From the NCBI RefSeq assembly GCF_009557235.1, contig NZ_CP045650.1, positions 1,980,001-2,012,000 of the forward strand: a DNA stretch of 32,000 bases, read 5' to 3'. The position numbers were made by a program, and so were the translations under genes. This DNA is from Acinetobacter wanghuae. Its GTDB lineage: Bacteria; Pseudomonadota; Gammaproteobacteria; Pseudomonadales; Moraxellaceae. The notes under the pieces were generated by a model, which did no database searches, was not told the DNA's origin, and saw only the letters and a list, made by a program, of their open reading frames with translations. Below, one piece after another: positions 1 to 9,133 of this stretch (its first letter is position 1; the number at the start of each line of letters is the position of its first letter).

Positions 1-806
1 GGGATGACAATATTACCTTTGATGATATTTCAGCTGTCATGGATGCAGGTGCGCAAGCCGGGGTGTTACAAAAACAAGAACATCACTTTATTGAAAATGT
101 ATTTGAACTTGAGGAGCGAAATGTTCCTTCTAGTATGACCACCCGTGAAAATGTGGTGTACTTCACTTTAAAAGAATCAGAAGAAAGTATTCGTCAAAAA
201 TTGGCAGAATTTCCTTATTCAAAATTCTTAGTGTGTAGTGAAAATATTGACGATGTGATTGGCTATGTCGATGCCAAAGATATTTTGGTCCGTATTCTGA
301 ATAATCAGTCTTTACTGCAACTCAATGAAAATACCATTCGTAATGTGCTGACCATTCCTGACTCATTAACCCTATCTGAACTACTCGATCGTTTCCGTTC
401 GACCAAAGAAAAGTTCGCCGTGGTGATTAATGAATATGCCTTGGTTGTTGGTGTCATTACCTTGTCAGATATTATGATTACCGTGATGGGTGATTGGGTC
501 ACCCCGATTGAAGCCGATCAACAAATCATTAAACGTGATTTAAACTCATGGCTGATTGATGGTAGTACCCCGATTGAAGATTTAAAGCATGCGCTTGAAA
601 TTGACACGATGCCTGATGATGAAACGTATGAAACCCTAGCTGGTTTTATGATGTTCAAGTTGCGTAAGATTCCACGTCCTGCCGATACCGTTATTCATGC
701 CGGTTATAAATTTGAAGTAGTCGATGTTGATCATTTTAAAATTGACCAACTGTTAGTGACACGGATTGATGAAATAAGTGCACCGAAAATTGAAGACCCT
801 GAGTAA
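1..806 (+). CDS. HlyC/CorC (TlyC/CNNM) family transporter, C-terminal part (CBS pair + CorC_HlyC domain); 5'-truncated by the window edge
   Basis: The reading frame is open from nt 3 with no stop before 806. The translation (..AGVLQKQEHHFIENVFELEERNVPSSMTTRENV.. then ..STPIEDL..ETYETLAGFMM..) has the layout typical of the linker, CBS and transporter-associated domains of this family. The N-terminal DUF21 membrane part must lie upstream of the window. Confidence 0.8.
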   Translation, partial: DDNITFDDISAVMDAGAQAGVLQKQEHHFIENVFELEERNVPSSMTTRENVVYFTLKESEESIRQKLAEFPYSKFLVCSENIDDVIGYVDAKDILVRILNNQSLLQLNENTIRNVLTIPDSLTLSELLDRFRSTKEKFAVVINEYALVVGVITLSDIMITVMGDWVTPIEADQQIIKRDLNSWLIDGSTPIEDLKHALEIDTMPDDETYETLAGFMMFKLRKIPRPADTVIHAGYKFEVVDVDHFKIDQLLVTRIDEISAPKIEDPE

Positions 807-849
807 TCAGGTTCTTCTGCTATATATAACAAGAACGAGGAATACTTAG

Positions 850-1128
850 ATGTCTATTTCCGCCCTACTTGCTTGTTTTAGTTTTTATTCTGCGCTTTAT
901 TTAATTTATTATTTCTTTGTCAAAGTCCAAAACCCGCTGTTTTTATGTTTAGCTGTGGGCTTACTCATTTTCGCATGCATCATTACGCCTTATGGCTATG
1001 AACGTCGCCGCGGCAGTTATGATCGCACCATGAGCTTCGGACAATATCTTGCTGTACCTCTCATCATGTGGGGTCGTTTGTTTATCCTGCCCATCAGTTT
1101 AATTTTAAGCTGGTTATATTCAAATTAA
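850..1128 (+). CDS. Small hydrophobic protein (92 aa, about 3 predicted TM segments), function unknown
   Basis: The ORF has a GAGGA Shine-Dalgarno about 9 nt upstream of the ATG, a strongly hydrophobic translation, and a hairpin terminator directly after it. No family was recognised. Confidence 0.45.
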   Translation: MSISALLACFSFYSALYLIYYFFVKVQNPLFLCLAVGLLIFACIITPYGYERRRGSYDRTMSFGQYLAVPLIMWGRLFILPISLILSWLYSN

Positions 1129-1153
1129 AAAAGCACCTTAAGGTGCTTTTTTT
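1127..1153. terminator. Bidirectional rho-independent terminator between convergent ORFs
   Basis: aaaaAGCACCttaaGGTGCTtttttt: a 6-bp GC-containing stem with an A-run on one side and a T-run on the other, sitting between the stops at 1128 (+) and 1168 (-). Confidence 0.8.
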
Positions 1154-1167
1154 ATTGGCTTCGTGCT

Positions 1168-1674
1168 TTAAACCGCTCTTAATAACACATCCAAAACAGC
1201 TTGATAATGAATACGGATATCATCTTCTAAAATTTTATACGCATTATCAAATTGCACCATTGGCCAACCTTCTTTCCAAAATGGGAAGATATTGTGTAAA
1301 TCATGGGTCACAATCGCATCTTCACGCACAATGGCTTGCGCAATGGCAGATAACACCTGAGCTGTTTCCGCACCATCAATTGCCATATAGTCAATGCCAC
1401 GTGCTTTTAAAATACGAACACGGTCTTTTTTGTAGCGAATTTTTTTAATTTGCCCTGCGCTTAAGCCCAATGCTAAAGACACAGCTTCAACAAATTTATC
1501 TTCAAATGACTGATTCAATGCCACGATGGCTTGTTTATGTCCTTCCTGACGACCCGCTTTGCCTGCCGTACGAATGGCGAGCTCCGCTTCAGTATTTAGC
1601 GTATCGTTCTTCATTGTTTGAAGGATGTCTAAAATTTCGATGTCGCTTAATGTGTCAGGAGATTGATCAGTCAT
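1168..1674 (-). CDS. Hypothetical protein (168 aa), acidic N-terminus, possible helix-turn-helix-like segment (LGLSAGQIKKIRY)
   Basis: Clean ORF with an AAGGA Shine-Dalgarno about 6 nt before the ATG and a terminator downstream. It is divergent from the 1841 membrane-protein gene. No confident family assignment from the sequence alone. Confidence 0.6.
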   Translation of the reverse strand: MTDQSPDTLSDIEILDILQTMKNDTLNTEAELAIRTAGKAGRQEGHKQAIVALNQSFEDKFVEAVSLALGLSAGQIKKIRYKKDRVRILKARGIDYMAIDGAETAQVLSAIAQAIVREDAIVTHDLHNIFPFWKEGWPMVQFDNAYKILEDDIRIHYQAVLDVLLRAV

Positions 1675-1840
1675 GAACTGTCCTTAAAATAAATCTAGAA
1701 TTGCGTATTTTCGCATAATTTGGCGTAAATTACCCACAATCTTCATCAGCATTCACAACAAAAGCGCTAGAGAATTTATTCTGCTATTTTAAAACAATTG
1801 CACTATAGTACTGACCTGTCTTTTATTTTCTTTTTAATCC

Positions 1841-2569
1841 ATGCAATCAACGCAAGTCAGCCTGCTTTTAGCACACGTTAAATCACTGTACCCAAAGGCT
1901 TTTCAGCGCAATTATGTTTTTTATGGTCAAATTAAAACTAAAGGGGTTTTAGATGATCGTAAGGAATTTATCCCATGGATTTTAGCCTTGATGATTTTCG
2001 TGCCGATTAGCTTGGTGCTGAAAGATTATTTTTTGGCTGTGTTCGATACTGATGATGCCTTTAAAGCGCACACTTCAGCCGTGATTGCCATTTTATTATT
2101 TTTGATGCTCATTGTGCCGCTGATTATTAAGCAGATGAAACACTCTTCGCATTCACTGTATCAGCAGTTAAAACACAGCCCGATTAAACTAACGGTCGTT
2201 ATTGTGCTTGAAGCGTTAAATTTGGCTTTTTTGCAAAGTAGCTTTGTGTTGTGGCTATTGTTATTTTTCGGTGTCAGTTTTGGATTTGTGCGTTTTTATA
2301 AAGAAAATTTATTTCGTAATGAAAGTAAAGAGAGCGATCTTTATCAGCTCCAACAACTACGTCTTGCTTGTTTTTGGGCATATAAACAAACTTATCATTT
2401 ACGCTTTCAATTATGTTTTCAATCGAAAACATCTCCTCAATATAGTCTGAAGAAAAAACAGCTCAAACACTATTCCAATCTGCATACACAGTTGTTTAAA
2501 GCTGAACACGAATACTGTAAAAAGATTAAACATATTGATTTGGACAGTTATTTAGATGAGCTGACGTAA
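1841..2569 (+). CDS. Hypothetical integral membrane protein (242 aa; about 4 TM + basic/helical C-terminal domain), paralog of the 2864..3544 product
   Basis: Hydrophobic segments are followed by a C-terminal region that aligns by eye with the downstream paralog (LYQLQQLRLACFWAYKQTYHL vs LVRLQKIRQLAYWSYRQSRL; QLKHYSNLHTQLFKAEHEYCKKIKH vs HLKQYYLDLHHTCMQAEQSLLNQIRH). There is no obvious Shine-Dalgarno. Confidence 0.6.
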   Translation: MQSTQVSLLLAHVKSLYPKAFQRNYVFYGQIKTKGVLDDRKEFIPWILALMIFVPISLVLKDYFLAVFDTDDAFKAHTSAVIAILLFLMLIVPLIIKQMKHSSHSLYQQLKHSPIKLTVVIVLEALNLAFLQSSFVLWLLLFFGVSFGFVRFYKENLFRNESKESDLYQLQQLRLACFWAYKQTYHLRFQLCFQSKTSPQYSLKKKQLKHYSNLHTQLFKAEHEYCKKIKHIDLDSYLDELT

Positions 2570-2651
2570 GACTGAGTTGAGATAATTTGCAATTATTTTA
2601 AACATAAGCAGCTGAATTGATTGAAAAGAAAGCAATTAAGCACAAATAAAC

Positions 2652-2680
2652 TTGCCAACTGATATTTCGTCCTCTATTAT
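2652..2680 (+). promoter_or_regulatory. Sigma70-type promoter for tRNA-Leu
   Basis: TTGCCA (2652-2657), a 17-nt spacer, TATTAT (2675-2680), then the GC-rich discriminator tgcgctc. The tRNA 5' end is at 2690, so the precursor leader would be only a few nt. Confidence 0.6.
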
Positions 2681-2689
2681 TGCGCTCAT

Positions 2690-2775
2690 GCCCGAGTGGT
2701 GAAATCGGTAGACACAGGGGATTTAAAATCCCCCGCCCACAAAGCGTGCCAGTTCGAGTCTGGCCTCGGGCACCA
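2690..2775 (+). tRNA. tRNA-Leu (anticodon UAA), type II with long variable arm, CCA encoded
   Basis: The cloverleaf was read by hand. The acceptor GCCCGAG pairs with CTCGGGC. The anticodon stem GGGGA/TCCCC carries the loop TT-TAA-AA. The long variable arm is followed by a T-arm GCCAG-TTCGAGT-CTGGC and the 3' end ACCA. Confidence 0.93.
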
Positions 2776-2807
2776 TTCTTAACTTCAAGAATGGTGCAAT
2801 AAAATTT

Positions 2808-2828
2808 CCAGCTGATGCTGGTTTTTTT
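2808..2828 (+). terminator. Rho-independent terminator after tRNA-Leu
   Basis: CCAGCtgatGCTGG followed by T7. Confidence 0.7.
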
Positions 2829-2863
2829 ATGCCTAAAATTTAGCATTACGGAAATCAATCCGC

Positions 2864-3544
2864 ATGTCATCGAGTTTTAATCTACAACAATTACAATTAC
2901 GCCATCCCGATGCATTTTTTTATACACTCGGTTATAGCCGTTATAAATATTTCAATCCCGCCACCGACATACATCTATATTTACGCCTCTCCTTACTCAT
3001 GCTGCTCACCACATTGATGTGCTTCTTGATTTCTGCACCGCTGTATTGGCATTACTTTGAACACAAAGAGCAAGCGATCAGTGCAGGATCTATGATTCTG
3101 ATTGCATTCATTTATCCTTATTTGTGGCGCATGCAAATCCAAGCAAAATACAGCTCTTTTCGTTATGCCAAACGGCTACAACGTTGTTTATATCTACAAT
3201 TGCCGCTTTTTCTTTTGTGTTTGCTGAATTTTAAATATACGCAATCGGCTGTTTTAGGTATGCCCTGTTTAGTGTTCATTACATTAAGTTTGGCGACAAT
3301 TTGGATGGAAGCATTATTTAAAAATGCGACCCCTCGGATTGATTTAGTGCGCTTACAAAAAATTCGTCAATTGGCATATTGGTCATATCGTCAGTCACGC
3401 TTGAAACATCCTCAAGCTGTCGCTCATCAAACCCATTTAAAACAGTATTATTTAGACTTACATCACACATGTATGCAGGCCGAACAGTCGCTTTTAAATC
3501 AGATTCGTCATTCAACGATCAAAGACGCATTTTTAGATTCTTAG
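2864..3544 (+). CDS. Hypothetical integral membrane protein (226 aa), paralog of the 1841..2569 product
   Basis: It has the same architecture (N-terminal xPxAF motif, about 4 TM, helical basic C-terminal domain) and visible sequence similarity to the upstream ORF. A terminator follows it. Confidence 0.6.
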   Translation: MSSSFNLQQLQLRHPDAFFYTLGYSRYKYFNPATDIHLYLRLSLLMLLTTLMCFLISAPLYWHYFEHKEQAISAGSMILIAFIYPYLWRMQIQAKYSSFRYAKRLQRCLYLQLPLFLLCLLNFKYTQSAVLGMPCLVFITLSLATIWMEALFKNATPRIDLVRLQKIRQLAYWSYRQSRLKHPQAVAHQTHLKQYYLDLHHTCMQAEQSLLNQIRHSTIKDAFLDS

Positions 3545-3550
3545 CTGCAT

Positions 3551-3580
3551 AAAAAAGCCCTGTAAATTACAGGGCTTTTT
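3551..3580. terminator. Bidirectional rho-independent terminator
   Basis: aaaaaAGCCCTGTAaatTACAGGGCTtttt: a 9-bp stem flanked by A- and T-runs, between the convergent stops at 3544 (+) and 3583 (-). Confidence 0.85.
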
Positions 3581-3582
3581 GC

Positions 3583-3897
3583 TTACCACTCACGCGTGGC
3601 AACCAACTCTTCCATCTCCACATCGAAATAACCCTGCTCTTGCACCACCATCATCATGGCTTCAGCAATATAATCCGCAGCGGTATCATCAAGTGATGAA
3701 TCAAGATCTTCAAACTGGGGCTTCATTTTATTAATGTCCGCCACAGTCAGTTGAGCAAACTGGTAAATATCTGGTTCAGATAAACCTGCTTTTTCAACTT
3801 TTTTTGCAAAACGTTCGACATGTTGCTTTACTTCAGCAACTAGAATATCGGGATAATATTCATCATCGAACATGGGGAGAAGTAAATCTGTACACAT
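3583..3897 (-). CDS. Small acidic hypothetical protein (104 aa; alternative start at 3873 gives 96 aa)
   Basis: The ORF runs in the same direction as folP, about 100 nt downstream of it. The translation is D/E-rich and has no hydrophobic segments. The Shine-Dalgarno is weak for either start. No family was recognised. Confidence 0.5.
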   Translation of the reverse strand: MCTDLLLPMFDDEYYPDILVAEVKQHVERFAKKVEKAGLSEPDIYQFAQLTVADINKMKPQFEDLDSSLDDTAADYIAEAMMMVVQEQGYFDVEMEELVATREW

Positions 3898-4000
3898 ACA
3901 GGCACTCTAAATGACAACATTACACAACAAGCGTGCCTATATAACATATTGCTGATCAAAAGCCAAACAACCGCAGCCATTTATACCATTTTTGAGCTGA

Positions 4001-4855
4001 TTATGATGCTGCTTGCATCGCCTGCCAAACACGAATCGCATCGACCGTGGATTTCACATCATGCGCACGTACCATACACGCACCTTGTTGAATACTCATC
4101 AGATGTGCGGCAACAGAACCCACAGCGCGTTCAATCGCATCTGCACCACCTAATGCTTCACCAATAAAACGTTTACGCGATAATGCTGAAAGAATGGGAT
4201 AGTTCATCGCGTTTAATTGATAGAGCTCATTTAGAAGTTTTAAATTTTGCTGTGCATTTTTCGCAAAGCCAAATCCGGGATCAATCATAATATGTTCTGG
4301 CTTTACCCCAGCATCTAAGGCATCTTGAACACGCTCGGATAATTCGCGCATCACATCTTGGGTCACATCATCATATTGATCAAGATTATTCATGGTGGTA
4401 GGTTCACCACGCATATGCATAACAATCACAGGAATATTCAAGGCTGCTGCAGTTTCTAATGCATGCGGACGTGTCAATGCACGAACATCATTCCAAATAT
4501 GCGCACCTGCACTTACAGCAGCACGGATGACTTCAGGTTGAGAGGTATCAATTGAAATGATGACATCATGTTTCGCCAATTCTTCGACAACAGGGATGAC
4601 ACGTCGGATTTCCTCTTCAACCTCAACCACAGATGCACCGGGACGTGTTGATTCACCGCCGACATCAATGACTGTCGCGCCTTCTGCAATCATCTCGAGT
4701 GCGCGTGCGACAGCAGCATCTTTGGCGTGATGCTTACCACCATCACTAAAAGAATCAGGGGTAACATTGAGAATCCCCATAACATGCGGCTGAGATAAAT
4801 CCAACGTCAAACGTCCAAAGTTCCATACTCGGGTTGGTAATGGCATCAGCTGCAT
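4001..4855 (-). CDS. folP: Dihydropteroate synthase
   Basis: The translation carries the pterin-binding hallmarks (GILNVTPDSFSDGG, DVGGESTRPG, DPGFGFAK) and sits in the conserved ftsH neighbourhood. Confidence 0.95.
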   Translation of the reverse strand: MQLMPLPTRVWNFGRLTLDLSQPHVMGILNVTPDSFSDGGKHHAKDAAVARALEMIAEGATVIDVGGESTRPGASVVEVEEEIRRVIPVVEELAKHDVIISIDTSQPEVIRAAVSAGAHIWNDVRALTRPHALETAAALNIPVIVMHMRGEPTTMNNLDQYDDVTQDVMRELSERVQDALDAGVKPEHIMIDPGFGFAKNAQQNLKLLNELYQLNAMNYPILSALSRKRFIGEALGGADAIERAVGSVAAHLMSIQQGACMVRAHDVKSTVDAIRVWQAMQAAS

Positions 4856-5036
4856 GTCAACATACTCCTATTCAAATTGGCTTTCATTGTCCATTTTCTA
4901 AATAGGAAAGCAAGCCAAATCAAGAATCTTCAACTCTTTCGCCTGCTTCTCTTTCACAGGTTAAATCACTTTATTTTGATTTTATGCTTTTAACTATATA
5001 AGTCCTTTGAACCTAACCATCACCTACAGATTAGGG

Positions 5037-5687
5037 CTATGATTTACCTTGATAACGCCCTGGGCGATGATTTAAAGCCAAGAATACACCCATAATAATG
5101 GCGGCAAGAATTGACCATAGCACTTGTTGGTAGGGCATCACACCAAAGGCAAATGCAACGACAATACAATCTATCCACATTTGCACTTTACCCGCACTCA
5201 TTGCAAATTTTTCTTGTAAATATAAGGAAATAATCGTCGCACCGCCTAAGCTTGATTGATGTCTTGCCAAGAATAAAATACCTGTACCAAGCATCAACCC
5301 ACCCGCAATAGATGCAAACATGGGGTGTAGATAATCAATGTGTAAATAGCGAGGCACCACAAAGGTCATTAAAGCCAGCATACCGACACAGATAAAGGTC
5401 TTGAGCGCAAAAGCACGCCCTAAATAACGCCATGCAAACCAATAAAATGGCAAATTAATTAAAAAGTACACCAAGCTAAAGGACCAGCCTGTTGCGTAAT
5501 GAATCACAAAGGCAATGCCTGCGGTACTTCCAGTCAGTAGACCTGCTTGTTCATAAAGAATCAGCGTAATCCCAACAAATAGGGTCCCTGAAAATAATGC
5601 AATACTGTCATCCATATAACTATGTTGAAGCGGATGGCTGGTATCGAGATGATGCATTTTGCCTGCTGTTTGACGTAGGTTATTCAT
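5037..5687 (-). CDS. YitT-family integral membrane protein
   Basis: 216 aa and polytopic. The pattern D..ALFSGTLFVG..AGLLTGSTAGIAF..Y..G.SF...FFLINLPFYWFAWR.LG is characteristic of YitT/BCR-type membrane proteins. Confidence 0.75.
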   Translation of the reverse strand: MNNLRQTAGKMHHLDTSHPLQHSYMDDSIALFSGTLFVGITLILYEQAGLLTGSTAGIAFVIHYATGWSFSLVYFLINLPFYWFAWRYLGRAFALKTFICVGMLALMTFVVPRYLHIDYLHPMFASIAGGLMLGTGILFLARHQSSLGGATIISLYLQEKFAMSAGKVQMWIDCIVVAFAFGVMPYQQVLWSILAAIIMGVFLALNHRPGRYQGKS

Positions 5688-5891
5688 GTTTTGAATCCTA
5701 AGTTCACCGTTGTACTTTTGGTATCAGGTGAATGACGTATAAAACGCTTGTGGCGTCGATTACTTCTTGTATTTTTAATATGCCAAACGTCGAAATTTTC
5801 TACAATCTTTTTATATTCACTCTATTCAAATATAACGTTAAAAGTATGCGCACCTGTCGATAAAAACTTTGCTTAAGATTATTTTAGCGCT

Positions 5892-5919
5892 AAAAAAACC
5901 ACCCGAAGGTGGTTTTTTT
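5892..5919 (-). terminator. Rho-independent terminator downstream of ftsH
   Basis: aaaaaaaCCACCcgaaGGTGGttttttt lies immediately after the ftsH stop codon (5930). Its shape is bidirectional. Confidence 0.85.
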
Positions 5920-5929
5920 AAAACATGAA

Positions 5930-7852
5930 TTAGTTCGCTGGTAATGGCGGAGGTGTCAACGGACCATCGGTCGGTGTTACATCAATCACAGGATTTTCTG
6001 CAATATACACTTTCGGTGGTTGTGGCTCACGTCCTTCCATAATGTCGCGGATTTGATCACGATCAATGGTTTCCCATTCCATCAAAGCTTTCACCATGGC
6101 ATGGGCAATATCTTTATTATTTTCTAAGATATCGCGTGCAACACGGTATTGCTCATCCAAAATACGGCGCACTTCACGATCTACTTCAAGCTGAGTCGTT
6201 TCAGAAATGGTACGACTGCCGATGCTTCCCATGAAGGATTGCTGTGAATCATCTTCGTAAACCATCACGCCCATTTTGTCAGACATACCGTACTTGGTCA
6301 CCATCGCACGTGCCATTTTCGTTGCACGTTCGAAGTCATTTGAAGCACCCGTCGACATTTGATTAATGAACACTTCTTCAGCGATACGACCACCGAATAA
6401 GATAGAAAGTTCATTCAGCATTTTGTCTTTGTAATGACTGGTTTGGTCATGTTCTGGCAATTGCCATGTAACACCCAATGCCCAACCACGCGGCATAATC
6501 GTTACTTTATGCACAGGATCTGTACCCGGCAGCATTTCAGCCACAATGGCATGACCTGCTTCATGGTAAGCCGTTGCACGACGTTCTTCTTCACGAATGA
6601 CCATCGATTTACGTTCAGGACCCATGTACAACTTGTCTTTTGCATCTTCAAAGTCATGCATATCGACTGTGTTCTTGTTACGACGTGCAGCGAACAAAGC
6701 AGCTTCATTAATCAAGTTTGACAATTGCGCACCTGAGAAGCCCGGTGTACCGCGTGCAAGTACTTTAACGTCAACACCAGTGACTGAAGGTAATTTTTTC
6801 AAATGTACATTCAGAATTTGTTCACGACCTTTAATATCAGGCAGGCTTACCACCACTTGACGGTCAAAACGACCTGGACGAAGTAAAGCTTTGTCCAGTA
6901 CATCTGCACGGTTTGTTGCAGCGATCACAATAATGCCTTCATTGCCTTCGAAGCCATCCATTTCAACCAACATTTGGTTCAATGTTTGTTCACGTTCGTC
7001 GTTACCGCCGCCTGTACCTGAACCACGATGACGACCCACTGCATCAATCTCATCGATGAAGATAATACATGGCGCATGGCGTTTGGCTTGTTCGAACATG
7101 TCACGGACACGAGACGCACCCACACCCACAAACATTTCAACAAAGTCAGAACCTGAAATACTAAAGAATGGAACTTTGGCTTCACCTGCAATAGCTTTTG
7201 CAAGCAATGTTTTACCGGTACCCGGAGGACCGACCATTAAAACGCCTTTTGGAATGGTCGCACCAAGACGTTTAAACTTGGTTGGGTCTTTTAAGAAATC
7301 GACAATTTCAACAACTTCTTGTTTTGCTTCATCACAACCCGCAACATCAGCAAAAGTCACTTTAATTTGATCTTCAGATAACATTTTGGCTTTTGATTTA
7401 CCAAAGCTCATTGGGCCGTTTTTGCCACCAGCGCCGCCACCCATGTTGCGCATAAAGAACATGAATAACAAAATGATCAAAAGCACTGGGAAACTTGCAA
7501 TGAGTAACTGCATCAACACGCCTTGACGCTGTGGTGCTTCGCCTTCAACAATGACATTGTTTTTGATGAGGTTTGGCATCAATTCAGGGTCTTGAACTGC
7601 AGGGCGGATACTTTCAAACTCAGAACCGTTTGATTTCTCACCACGAATTCGCTCACCGTCAATCGTCACTTGCTTGACTTGTCCAGCATTGACTGCAGTG
7701 ACAAACTCAGAATAGTTCATAGATGTCGGTTGCTTGCGGTCGCTGACGTTACTGAATATTAGAACCAGCACGCCTAATATTACGAGCCACAATACGGCAT
7801 TCTTAAAAAGATCGCTCAAAGCTTTATTCCCATTCCAATCTAATTTGATCAT
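5930..7852 (-). CDS. ftsH: ATP-dependent zinc metalloprotease FtsH
   Basis: 640 aa with two N-terminal TM segments, an AAA+ Walker A (GPPGTGKT), Walker B (IIFIDEID), the SRH, and the HEAGH zinc motif. Confidence 0.98.
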   Translation of the reverse strand: MIKLDWNGNKALSDLFKNAVLWLVILGVLVLIFSNVSDRKQPTSMNYSEFVTAVNAGQVKQVTIDGERIRGEKSNGSEFESIRPAVQDPELMPNLIKNNVIVEGEAPQRQGVLMQLLIASFPVLLIILLFMFFMRNMGGGAGGKNGPMSFGKSKAKMLSEDQIKVTFADVAGCDEAKQEVVEIVDFLKDPTKFKRLGATIPKGVLMVGPPGTGKTLLAKAIAGEAKVPFFSISGSDFVEMFVGVGASRVRDMFEQAKRHAPCIIFIDEIDAVGRHRGSGTGGGNDEREQTLNQMLVEMDGFEGNEGIIVIAATNRADVLDKALLRPGRFDRQVVVSLPDIKGREQILNVHLKKLPSVTGVDVKVLARGTPGFSGAQLSNLINEAALFAARRNKNTVDMHDFEDAKDKLYMGPERKSMVIREEERRATAYHEAGHAIVAEMLPGTDPVHKVTIMPRGWALGVTWQLPEHDQTSHYKDKMLNELSILFGGRIAEEVFINQMSTGASNDFERATKMARAMVTKYGMSDKMGVMVYEDDSQQSFMGSIGSRTISETTQLEVDREVRRILDEQYRVARDILENNKDIAHAMVKALMEWETIDRDQIRDIMEGREPQPPKVYIAENPVIDVTPTDGPLTPPPLPAN

Positions 7853-7951
7853 GCCCGATTAAGGGTGACCTTGATACTTAAGCTGCAAATCAACTTGCAA
7901 TTATCTGAAAACGTACAAAATGCACAATTTTTAACGACTTGGCAAGTAGAC

Positions 7952-8602
7952 TTATTTTAAAGCCTTCTTACGTCCCTGCCCAATTAAGAACACTTCTTTA
8001 GAGCGGGCACGTGATGCCAATGGTTTTGACGTCTTTAGAACATCAAAACTATCAACCACTTGCTTACGGAATTCATCAAAACCTGAGCCTTGGAAAACTT
8101 TTACCACAAATTGACCTTTGGGGCCTAGCACCTTATTTGCAAAATCTAAGGCAAGTTCACAAAGATAAATTTGGCGCGGTTGATCTACAGCCTTATTACC
8201 ACTTGTATTGGGGGCCATATCTGAAATTACAACGTCTACAACGCGTCCATCTAAAATTTCGAGTAACTTTTGGAACACTTCTTCTTCACGGAAGTCACCT
8301 TGCAAGAAGGTCACATCGGGTAAAGCGTCCATTGGTAAAATATCAGATGCAATCAACAAACCATGATCACCGACCAATTTACCGGCAATTTGTGACCAAC
8401 TCCCCGGTGCTGCACCAAGGTCAACCACCGTCATGCCGGGTTTAATGATTTTGTATTTTTCTTGCATTTCTAAGAGCTTATATGCGGCACGCGCACGATA
8501 GCCTTCCTTCTGTGCTTTTTTCACATAAGGATCGTCTAAATGCTCTCTCATCCAATCACGACTACTTTTTGATAATTTCTGGTTGGTAATGCGTGTCGCC
8601 AT
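7952..8602 (-). CDS. rlmE: 23S rRNA (uridine2552-2'-O)-methyltransferase RlmE (FtsJ)
   Basis: It has the SAM-binding motif [13 protein letters not shown], is FtsJ-like over its full length, and lies immediately upstream of ftsH as in other gammaproteobacteria. Confidence 0.95.
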   Translation of the reverse strand: MATRITNQKLSKSSRDWMREHLDDPYVKKAQKEGYRARAAYKLLEMQEKYKIIKPGMTVVDLGAAPGSWSQIAGKLVGDHGLLIASDILPMDALPDVTFLQGDFREEEVFQKLLEILDGRVVDVVISDMAPNTSGNKAVDQPRQIYLCELALDFANKVLGPKGQFVVKVFQGSGFDEFRKQVVDSFDVLKTSKPLASRARSKEVFLIGQGRKKALK

Positions 8603-8798
8603 AACTCTCTAAATAAAAATAATTTCCAATGATTCATTGTACGTGAAAAACAGCGCTTTTGCAGTATACATCTGTATCTAAATCGCTGACTTTTGCTGCT
8701 TGAGCCTACAGATTGAAAATGATTATTTCCTGATAATTTACAGCGTTTGTTTTTGGATTTTGCTATACTAAGCCGTTTTAAAAATTAGGTTATCTCTC

Positions 8799-9122
8799 AT
8801 GGCGTCTTTATCTATTCAAGAACGTAAACGTTTACGTCAAATCGGACATGCTTTAAACCCAGTGGTTATGCTTGGTGACAAAGGTTTGTCTGAAGGTGTG
8901 CTTGAAGAATTAAGCCGCGCTTTAAACGATCACGAACTGATTAAAGTAAAAATCGTTGCTGAAGATCGTGACGAACGTGCGGCTATGATCGTTGAAATTT
9001 CAGAAAAAACAGGCGCTGAAGTTGTTCAAAAAATTGGTAAAATTGCGTTGATTTATAAAAAAGCAGCGAAACAAAACCAAAAATTATCGAACCTTGTTCG
9101 TCACGCTCATTTGTCTAACTAA
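8799..9122 (+). CDS. yhbY: Ribosome-assembly RNA-binding protein YhbY (CRM domain)
   Basis: 107 aa with L..KQR..LR..GH.L.PVV..G..GLSEGV..E...AL..HELIKVK. It is divergent from rlmE, which is the conserved arrangement. Confidence 0.9.
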   Translation: MASLSIQERKRLRQIGHALNPVVMLGDKGLSEGVLEELSRALNDHELIKVKIVAEDRDERAAMIVEISEKTGAEVVQKIGKIALIYKKAAKQNQKLSNLVRHAHLSN

Positions 9123-9133
9123 GTTCAAAATCT

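Noticed and set aside
2598-2870. 90-aa minus-strand ORF overlapping tRNA-Leu
   Set aside because: It reads straight through the tRNA gene and its terminators, so the tRNA cloverleaf explains the sequence.
6434-7370. Several 65-104 aa ORFs on both strands inside ftsH (6434..6721, 6502..6708, 6597..6860, 6979..7203, 7056..7370)
   Set aside because: They lie wholly inside a strongly supported 640-aa AAA+ protease gene. They have no Shine-Dalgarno signals, and their translations are low-complexity or Cys/Arg-rich, as is typical of shadow frames.
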